From a virus (Duplodnaviria > Caudoviricetes), in the IMG/VR virus record IMGVR_UViG_3300035454_000933, positions 154 to 64,153 of that record: a DNA stretch of 64,000 nucleotides. One strand, 5' to 3'. Each line of letters begins with the position of its first letter. The stretch's first letter is position 1. The notes beneath the pieces are model-generated. The model worked only from the letters and a program-made list of their open reading frames with translations. It searched no databases and had not been told where the DNA came from. The position numbers were made by a program, and so were the translations under genes. Shown in pieces: positions 34,301-40,540 of the stretch.

Positions 34301-35931
34301 CGCTCGAGCGAATAGTCGCCCGGCATCAGGCCGATCGCGCGCGCCTGAACCACGGCTGAGTCCAGCGCCATGTTGCCGAGTGAGGTGTGGAAGTCGCCGT
34401 CGCCCGGGCCCTTCATGGCCATGACGAGAGCGGCATTGGCCTCCATTTCACCCAGGGCCTGCCCCAGGATGCGCTGGGCGTCACCGACCGCGGCGCGGCG
34501 GCGCGCGTTCAGCTCCTGCGCCACTGACAGCTCGGCGCCCGTCTGGGCCTCGTCGGAAACCTCGATCGCCTTGGCTGCATCGGTCAGGTCGCGGGCTTTC
34601 TTCAGCGCCTCGGTGCTGGCGACCATGTAGTGGTTCATGTGCCAGTCCTGGACGCCATCGGCCACGCTCTGCACGTCCTCGGCGGGCATGTCCGCGTGGA
34701 TCCGGCGGGCCAGCACCTGGGCGGCGCCGGCCACACCGAGCACGTCGACAACGGATCGGTCGACCAGCGCATCACCGCCGACGGCCAGCGCCAGCGCGTT
34801 GATGCTGTTGTAGGCGCCGACACCGATGTGGCCGCCCAGCGTCTCGCTCGGGTTGGCCCCGGCGATCTTTCCGACCTCGGACAGGAATGCCCGGGTTTGC
34901 ACGGTGCGCAGGTCGGACGCTAGGTCCTCCTTCACGGCGTCATCGACATCGTCGCTGGCCGACAGAACAAACGCCTTCGGCTCAACGGTGGCCGCGGCAT
35001 CAATCTCGGCGTTTGCGTCGCGCGCGGCGCGCTCGATCTGCTGCAGGCGTTTACCCAGCTTGACCAGGTCCAGCGCGTCCTGGGCGGACATGAGGCTCGC
35101 ATCGGCCGTCGGGGCGGCTGGCTCCTTGATGCCCTCCAGCTCGGCCTTGATGGCCGCGGCGGCGCCGCCGTTCTTCTTGAACGCGGCCAGCAGCTGCTCG
35201 GGCGACTTGGCGGCCTGGACCTCCTGCTCCAGAACGGCCGGGGTGAGGCCGGCCGCTTCGGCGCGACCCTTGTAGTCGGCCTGGAAGCCGAGCCCCGAGG
35301 TCAACGGCTTGACCGGGTCAATGTCCTGAACGGACAGCTGGTCCGGGTCGTCGCTGGACAGCGGCAGCTCTCCGATACCGGCGTCAGCGCGCAACGCGGC
35401 ATCGGCCACCAGGCGCTCGCGGCTTTGCTTCACGGCGTCCTTGGCCTTGCCGAGCAGGTCGCGGTGGAACTTATCCTGCACCTTGGCGCGCGCGCCTTCG
35501 GACAGGTGCTCGTAGTCCTCGGCCGGGAATTCCAGCTCAGCGGGATCCCAACCGGCTCGCTTGGCGACCTCCTGGATCAGCCCGAGCTCGGCGGCCTTGC
35601 GTTGCTCGTGCACGGCCTTGCGGGCTTCCTGCTTCGCGCCGTGAACACCGGACGCCTTGTCGGCCGCGATCTGATCCTGGCGCGCGGCCCGCTTCTTGCC
35701 AGCCGACGCCTTGGCCTCTTCTTTGTAGGTGGAATGGGACTTGACGCCGCGCAGTTTGAGGTAGTTCAAGCTGCCGCCGGCACCACCCACCACGCGAGCG
35801 GTACCGTCCGGCTGCGGCTCGATGAGCAGCGGCTGCCCCTTGGACCCCGGCCCGTTCGGGCGGACTGTGATCCAGTGGGCCCCTTCAGGGATGGAGTCGG
35901 CCTTGATGAACAGGCGTGGGATTTGCGGCAT
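31378..35931 (-). CDS. Large head-associated protein with C-terminal SNF2/SF2 helicase-like domain (1517 aa)
   Basis: Walker A AAGAGSGKT, FVDEAH, SGDPVKND, ASDAAAVGLNLQ, SQRNKRIDRLGQ. Confidence 0.85.
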   Translation of the reverse strand: MPQIPRLFIKADSIPEGAHWITVRPNGPGSKGQPLLIEPQPDGTARVVGGAGGSLNYLKLRGVKSHSTYKEEAKASAGKKRAARQDQIAADKASGVHGAKQEARKAVHEQRKAAELGLIQEVAKRAGWDPAELEFPAEDYEHLSEGARAKVQDKFHRDLLGKAKDAVKQSRERLVADAALRADAGIGELPLSSDDPDQLSVQDIDPVKPLTSGLGFQADYKGRAEAAGLTPAVLEQEVQAAKSPEQLLAAFKKNGGAAAAIKAELEGIKEPAAPTADASLMSAQDALDLVKLGKRLQQIERAARDANAEIDAAATVEPKAFVLSASDDVDDAVKEDLASDLRTVQTRAFLSEVGKIAGANPSETLGGHIGVGAYNSINALALAVGGDALVDRSVVDVLGVAGAAQVLARRIHADMPAEDVQSVADGVQDWHMNHYMVASTEALKKARDLTDAAKAIEVSDEAQTGAELSVAQELNARRRAAVGDAQRILGQALGEMEANAALVMAMKGPGDGDFHTSLGNMALDSAVVQARAIGLMPGDYSLERDGSNTFLTINHAGMLRLARPTSHQDLQQIRRNLDIVSGKQDEDGWLPQGVANRPDLVMDVKAGVADRLAQPFQPSADLSASLRTYIGARAADGDSPVDILADVQSAAFFQKVGFDRTEDYRKALDEVAPLKGADGKQQRAEDLDPIFEKYADDHVTSLGGQRTTLNRQKVAVDQHSVDALHRALAETPEATAAYKQIGELEHKDQSALREFFYRNIAKEDASAGAMRKELEDHIGSEPEKESTDMFGDTVPNPDWQDWRSHRDNLSAKLNASSLTWSKYLKTMGGNERAYEAVQDVIRSRVASSFVETHNKLNPANPIKLGKRTIRNNLNHLDAVDPAAREARQAKDKDLIDRLRNRVGGKYASGAVADKIEAAQKEQAAMEQAQMGFFASQEDENLSNNGGSDAPVEHKLGADERHTVGHVVERQIAGMMEHVGANFKPGQPTKLWGISMSGKYAAQQRAIKYLDANKRMGLAAGAGSGKTNMMLGAHAHLASQGKIKRSIMLVPSVVQGQFNGEALRLLEPGKFKTHIQPGANRDDRIAAYKDAGTHIAVMTHQSFRDDMVHLGAQHAGISEDEMTDKLQGMTPAQRQEWIASTWEKEGINFDASFVDEAHDTLNRAGKENSSLSNVIEAAGHHTPYHTYASGDPVKNDASEVHSLLHKMDPVRYADRSAFMRRYGADTIASKNALQREMARYIFPTDITPDIQRERKRELVQLSAGQHQAIGDLDKHLARARMAQKAGKVDVAAIKALSPNSFAGVPDEEHEAVAAQLQKAVGVLRASAMNRIINSHPDNAKVAHALKLVQARPDKQGIVFARNRESVEQYRKALEAAGKRVVVITGSDGAKEKDRKRRMFNPDGGGPPEADILVASDAAAVGLNLQSGRYLIQHDIPDTAKTHSQRNKRIDRLGQKSAIELLDLEADHPEERRSRERLRKKYALKDMMAETLDGLDDTGLAGAIKARRQASATPQAGLF

Positions 35932-35953
35932 CCCAGCAGGATAAGGTCACGAC
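35932..35953 (-). promoter_or_regulatory. Late promoter GTCGTGA-CCT-TATCCT-N6-ATG
   Basis: Exact spacing; motif overlaps the MuF stop. Confidence 0.75.
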
Positions 35954-37101
35954 GCGCCCAGGATGGCCGCCAGCTCGGCCGCAAACTCAGGGTCATCACC
36001 AGGGTCAACGTCGCCACCAGCCAGCACCCAGCGGCCGCGGCAATGCGGGTGCACCAGGCCCGCGGGGATCCACCACATCTCGGCCGGGTCGCGCTCCACC
36101 AGCACATCCCCGACGCGCTTACGCGGGGACGCTGCGCGCCCGATGTTGTTCTTTCCGGGCCAGACCATGCGGTCCGGATCCTTCTTGGGGTGATCCGGCG
36201 AGACGACCTCGACCACCGCGCCGTCGATGCGCCGGCAGAACGCGCAGGCGCCGTCGTAGCGCTCCACGCGCTTGATCCGGGTCCCGGGCTTCAAGCTGGC
36301 GATGTAGCCCTGCAGCTGGGCTTCTCCGGCCTCCGTGACCGCGATCCGGCGCCAGTCCCGGTTCATGGCGCCGAACTCGTCGAGCAGCTTTGTCTCCAGG
36401 CTGTGGGACCCGGCGAGCGCCGAACCGAACGCCTGCTCTTCCAGGTGGGCGGCCACCACCACGCGCATGCGGTGGCGCGCGCTTTCGCTCAGCGCCCGAA
36501 CATTCTCGGCCACCCGCTGGCGCGCGAACGTGAGCACGTTGCCGGCAAGCGCGGACAGCGGGACGCCCATGGCCGACGACGACGGCAGAGAGGCCAGGAT
36601 GGCGTCGGCCTGCTTCAGCGTGGGCGGCTTTTCGAGGTTGGCCTGAACCTTGCCTAGCATGCTCGCCTTGGTGGCCAGCCAGTCGGCCTCGGCCAGCATG
36701 GCGTCGGCCGGAAGGTAGCTCTGCACCACGTACTCGATCGCGAGCATGTGGTCGTTCAGCGTCCACTGGGCCGGCGGCAGACTTTCGAGGTACAGGCGCG
36801 CCAGGGCGAGCTCCCCCTGCGACCAGTGCGACATGATCCCCGGTGGTGGCGCGGGCGCTGCAGCGGCGGTGTGATTGGCTCCCGACTTCCAGGCCAGGAA
36901 CTGCGTGCGGACGGCATCCAGGCGCATCAGGCCGCGCTCTGTGAATAGCTCGATCAGGCGGTGCACCAGGGGCGAGTCGTGCGGCTTCCAGATACCGTCC
37001 TTGCCGTGGTCGTGGCCATCCGAGAGGGCCTTGTACAAGCCCTCAAGGGTGTCGTTGGTGACGGACTCGGGAACGTTGATCAGGTCGAGGAATAAGCCCA
37101 T
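35947..37101 (-). CDS. MuF/SPP1 gp7-like head morphogenesis protein (384 aa)
   Basis: RDWRRIAVTEAGEA, DGACAFC, LVHPHCRGRW. Confidence 0.85.
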   Translation of the reverse strand: MGLFLDLINVPESVTNDTLEGLYKALSDGHDHGKDGIWKPHDSPLVHRLIELFTERGLMRLDAVRTQFLAWKSGANHTAAAAPAPPPGIMSHWSQGELALARLYLESLPPAQWTLNDHMLAIEYVVQSYLPADAMLAEADWLATKASMLGKVQANLEKPPTLKQADAILASLPSSSAMGVPLSALAGNVLTFARQRVAENVRALSESARHRMRVVVAAHLEEQAFGSALAGSHSLETKLLDEFGAMNRDWRRIAVTEAGEAQLQGYIASLKPGTRIKRVERYDGACAFCRRIDGAVVEVVSPDHPKKDPDRMVWPGKNNIGRAASPRKRVGDVLVERDPAEMWWIPAGLVHPHCRGRWVLAGGDVDPGDDPEFAAELAAILGAS

Positions 37102-37123
37102 GGCGGAAGTATGGGGTCACGAC
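37102..37123 (-). promoter_or_regulatory. Late promoter GTCGTGA-CCC-CATACT-N6-ATG
   Basis: Exact spacing. Confidence 0.75.
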
Positions 37124-37126
37124 AGC

Positions 37127-37201
37127 TGGAGCGGGCCGCGGGAATCGAACCCGCCTGGTCAGCTTGGAAGGCTGATGCCTGAACCGATCGGCCAGGCCCG
37201 C
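37127..37201 (-). tRNA. tRNA-Gly (anticodon TCC)
   Basis: Acceptor GCGGGCC/GGCCCGC, anticodon arm TCAGC-CTTCCAA-GCTGA, T arm GCGGG-TTCGATT-CCCGC, encoded CCA; 75 nt. Confidence 0.9.
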
Positions 37202-37912
37202 ATACAACGAAGCCCACCGAAGTGGGCCTCGCGGCTGGTTGCTGCCCAGCGCATCAGCTGCAGGACGACATTTCTGGGCCTGCGCACTTTTGCAGCTACC
37301 CCTTGCGGGGCGCATCACTCTACAGAGGTGAGTTGATGGTGCTGAGGACGATTCAGCGGCATCCAGCGCGCCCGGCGGTACTTTACATGCCACAAGGACG
37401 CCAGCTCGCGCGGCGCGCTGGTTCGGATAGCCTCGCGCCACCTACTGAGCGCACCCGAAGCAGGCCGATCCGGCAGCCCGCAACATCCTCGCTTCTCGGT
37501 TCGCGACCATCGTGGCGGCGCCCTATTGCGGATCCAGGATAGACAAGTCCCTTCTCGCTACTGCAGCAGGAGCGCCATCACGATGGCCCTACGCCCGTTT
37601 TGGTGGGCGGACGCAGGTCACCGTGTCGGGGTACGTCTCCCGCCCGGGCTTTCACCGTTCGTGTAGCTGCTCGTCCGTTGATGGACCACACACCCCAGAA
37701 GCTTGGGCCTTACCGCCGTGCTCGCCGCCCTACCAGCTCCGGCCCTTTCGGGTATCGCGGCTTGAGGACTGGGTCCGCACTCCTGCCCCACAAGGGGAGA
37801 CGTCACGCATGCCACAGCACACAGCAGTCTCGCGCTTCGGTGAGCCAACGGGCGAGGCCCCGAAAGGCCTCGCCGAATTGACACACAACCCGCGCTTCTC
37901 GGGGGGTTGTAT
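37202..37912 (-). ncRNA. Candidate large structured RNA between two tRNAs (GOLLD/ROOL-like context)
   Basis: About 710 nt with no credible CDS; cUUCGg, GCAA and GAAA tetraloop hairpins on the minus strand; nested long-range helices 37272-78/37694-700 and 37292-99/37663-70; 10-bp stem 37363-72/37412-21. Confidence 0.55.
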
Positions 37913-37989
37913 TGGTTGCGAGGGCCCGATTTGAACGGGCGACATTCTGGGTATGAACCAGACGCTCTACCAGGCTGAGCTACCACGCG
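37913..37989 (-). tRNA. tRNA-Met (CAT), initiator-like
   Basis: 77 nt, C1:A72 mismatch, anticodon arm TCTGG-TTCATAC-CCAGA, T arm, encoded CCA. Confidence 0.85.
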
Positions 37990-38245
37990 CCAATGGGAAC
38001 AGCCGGAAGCTGCTCTCATTGGCGGCCTGCAAGCAGGACCAATGCCCGGGTACGCTATCCGGGTCCGACGCATGGGCATGAAGCCCGATGGTGGACGGCA
38101 CACCACACCACATGGAGTGGATGCGATGTTAGCACCATCCCGACAATGGCCGCCTGGTGTTGCCACCATCCAACGGGCACTGGTGCCTGCGGTAGCGACG
38201 GCACCCATCGGGATGCATTGCTGCAAACCGACCCCGGGTCGCGCC
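37990..38245 (-). ncRNA. Second hairpin-rich block with no credible CDS, upstream of tRNA-Met
   Basis: Stems GCCAATG/CATTGGC (37989-38023), CCTG-CTTG-CAGG, CCCGATGG/CCATCGGG (38084-91/38205-12), GGTGCC/GGCACC. Confidence 0.45.
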
Positions 38246-38250
38246 GGAGG

Positions 38251-38272
38251 AAAAAATCCCGGCTTGCGCCGG
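38251..38272 (-). terminator. Possible terminator after the portal operon
   Basis: CCGGC-GCAA-GCCGG then GATTTTTT. Confidence 0.5.
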
Positions 38273-38284
38273 CCCTGCTGGGCT

Positions 38285-38629
38285 TCAGGGTGTTTTTTTG
38301 AGTCTAAGCTGTTCCTGCCGTGCTTCCGGCGGAATCCCAACAAAACGACGCCGGCCGGACGCATCCTGAACAATCAGACCGTCCTCGCCTTCCTCAATCA
38401 CGTGGTAGCGCTGCTCGGCGCGCTTCTTGTGCCCAGACAGGTGCTCCCAGCGGATCCGGTGCTGGGCGCCTTCGTGCTCCACCGTGCAGCCATGCTTGCC
38501 GGTGCAGACGACCTTGCCGGACACAGGCTGGCCCGATCGGTGGAAGAACACCTCATCACCCGCACTGGCGCGGTAGGCCCCAGCGGCGGCCTGCTGGCGC
38601 GCGTTCTTGGGAGCGTTGAAGTCGGCCAT
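38285..38629 (-). CDS. Hypothetical small beta-barrel-like protein coupled to portal (114 aa)
   Basis: Start overlaps the portal stop; AGDEVFF...GKVVCTGKHGCTV. Confidence 0.7.
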   Translation of the reverse strand: MADFNAPKNARQQAAAGAYRASAGDEVFFHRSGQPVSGKVVCTGKHGCTVEHEGAQHRIRWEHLSGHKKRAEQRYHVIEEGEDGLIVQDASGRRRFVGIPPEARQEQLRLKKTP

Positions 38630-40335
38630 TACGGCTCCACCGTGAACACCGGCAGGCCGAAGGACTTCTTCAGGCTGCCATCGTCGAACATCCCTTGTTC
38701 CTCTTGCCCAGCGTCGCCGCCAGGCGGGGCGCCAGTGGCGTCCTCGTCGTCGCCACCCACGCCAGGCGGAGGCTGTCCGCCGCCGGCCGTCGGGTCGCCG
38801 TAGTCCTCCTGCGAGGCCTGCTTGGACGCCTGGTACGCGCCAGAGAGCACAGGGTTCAGCGGCGCATCGCCGATATCGCCCTCAACCGCATCCAGGTTCA
38901 GGTGGGTCTTGCGGGCCTCGTTCCAGGTCATCAGGGTCTTGGCCTTGTCCCAGGTCGTCTCCGGCGATTCCTCGTCGAGCCCGGTCCAGCGGAAGCAGTA
39001 CTTGTCGCCGAACTCCGACACCACGTAATCCGAGAACACGTCCTCGAAGTGGGTCAGCAGCGGGCGCAGGCCTTTGTCCTTCGAGTTGACCAGCTTCTCT
39101 TCGGTGTCCGAGCCAGACAGAGACGACGTGCCCGCGGTGAAGGACTCGAAGTTGATCTCGTCCGGCGCGATGCCGTAGATCGCGCAGATGATCGACGTCA
39201 GGAACGTCATCCATTTGGCGAACATGATCTCGTTCACCTCGACGCCGAAGTTCTCGAAGGCGGCCTTGGACTCCTGATTTTTCGACACGAGCACCGGCAA
39301 CGTCCACGCGTTGTTGATGCCCTTGACCATGGCATTCCAATAGCGCTTGAAGGCGGCCATGTCCTGCTCGGCGTAGTCGCCGGTCAGGTGCAGCAAGCCC
39401 TTGGGGATGCTGTTCGAGTCGAAATAGCGCGTGTTGTAGGTGAAGGCGTTCAGGAAGCCGGTGACGACGCGCACCAGCAGCTCGACCTCGGACAGGCCGT
39501 AGCCGCCCACCATCACGTCGGTGCGCGGATTGCGCGGCACGTAGATCAGGTCGTCGAAGGTGTAGGCGGCCCGGATGTTCCCGTCGACCACCTGCAGGGC
39601 GAATATCTCGTCGTCGCCCTGGTAGCCGATCTCGTTGGCCAGCCGGATGGTCGCACCGTCCACGGCGTACATGCCGTCGATGCCCATCGCCTTGTTGCGC
39701 TTGTACTCCGTCTCGATCGGCGCGCTGTCCATGGTGAGGCTGTCGCGCACCAGCTTCGCCATGAGGCCGGAGAAGTTGTCGCGCTTGAGGCGCGCGCGCT
39801 GCCGCGGGTTCTTTTCCCAGCCGCAGTGCGTGAAGAAGTCCTGCAGGAGCGCCACCGACTGGTGCTCATCTGTCCCCAATTTTTCGTTCGGGTCCTTCAG
39901 GGCGATCTTGAAGCCCGGGCCCTTGCCGCCGTCGGCCACGCGACAAAAGCGCTTGACCTGGCGGATCCGCGTGAAGACCACCGCAGACAGGATGGGGGTC
40001 TGATCGACCATGCCGCGCAGCATGTCGAAGGACATGGAGCTCCAGCGGTCGCGCCACTCCCCCATGGCGTTGCCATACGTGTCGTTGATGTGGACCGACT
40101 GCATGCCGGCCTTGCCGCGCTCGACCGCCCGGGACGGGAACGGGATCACGTTCGCGCGCGACAACGACTTCGCAAAATCCTGCTCAGCGTAGCTCTCGCG
40201 CATGTACTCGATGATGGGCGCCATGTCCTGCACCGAGGACGGCATGGCGTCCTGCTGCGCCTCTCGGAGCGCATCGACGCGCTCGTCTTGGGGGGCGCCA
40301 TCAGCGTGGGCAACAGAAAGTGCAGTTTCAGCCAT
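38629..40335 (-). CDS. Portal protein (568 aa)
   Basis: YIPRNPR-like YVPRNPRTDV, GYGLSEVE, IPKGLLHL, FGVxP-like YGIAPDEINF, KDKGLRPLL. Confidence 0.9.
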   Translation of the reverse strand: MAETALSVAHADGAPQDERVDALREAQQDAMPSSVQDMAPIIEYMRESYAEQDFAKSLSRANVIPFPSRAVERGKAGMQSVHINDTYGNAMGEWRDRWSSMSFDMLRGMVDQTPILSAVVFTRIRQVKRFCRVADGGKGPGFKIALKDPNEKLGTDEHQSVALLQDFFTHCGWEKNPRQRARLKRDNFSGLMAKLVRDSLTMDSAPIETEYKRNKAMGIDGMYAVDGATIRLANEIGYQGDDEIFALQVVDGNIRAAYTFDDLIYVPRNPRTDVMVGGYGLSEVELLVRVVTGFLNAFTYNTRYFDSNSIPKGLLHLTGDYAEQDMAAFKRYWNAMVKGINNAWTLPVLVSKNQESKAAFENFGVEVNEIMFAKWMTFLTSIICAIYGIAPDEINFESFTAGTSSLSGSDTEEKLVNSKDKGLRPLLTHFEDVFSDYVVSEFGDKYCFRWTGLDEESPETTWDKAKTLMTWNEARKTHLNLDAVEGDIGDAPLNPVLSGAYQASKQASQEDYGDPTAGGGQPPPGVGGDDEDATGAPPGGDAGQEEQGMFDDGSLKKSFGLPVFTVEP

Positions 40336-40357
40336 TTACCCAGTGTGCCGTCACGAC
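40336..40357 (-). promoter_or_regulatory. Late promoter GTCGTGA-CGG-CACACT-N6-ATG (portal)
   Basis: Exact spacing; shares CGTGACGGCACACTG with the 23889 site. Confidence 0.75.
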
Positions 40358-40420
40358 GAAAGCGGTTGACTGAACGCCAGGTGTTGCAACAAAATTGCAG
40401 CATCACCAACCGAGAGCCGC

Positions 40421-40540
40421 ATGAACAAAAGAGAAATGACCCCTTCCGAGCGCATGAAAGAACGCGTGCGCGACGTCCTGCTCGCGATCACGATCGGATT
40501 CGGGGTCGCCTGGTGGTTGGCCAGCTGGTCGGCCGCCTGA
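40421..40540 (+). CDS. Small single-pass membrane peptide (39 aa), convergent with terL
   Basis: MNKREMTPSERMKERVRDVLLAITIGFGVAWWLASWSAA; possible TTGACT-N18-CAAAAT promoter upstream. Confidence 0.5.
   Translation: MNKREMTPSERMKERVRDVLLAITIGFGVAWWLASWSAA

Noticed and set aside
37127-37989. tRNA genes as prophage attachment sites or host boundary
   Set aside because: Phage head genes flank both sides, no duplicated tRNA 3' end was seen, and no integrase is nearby
37043-38373. ORFs across the tRNA/RNA locus (37043-37441, 37512-37934, 37618-38373 and others)
   Set aside because: They overlap tRNA genes, have Arg/Pro/Ser-rich non-protein-like composition and lack RBS
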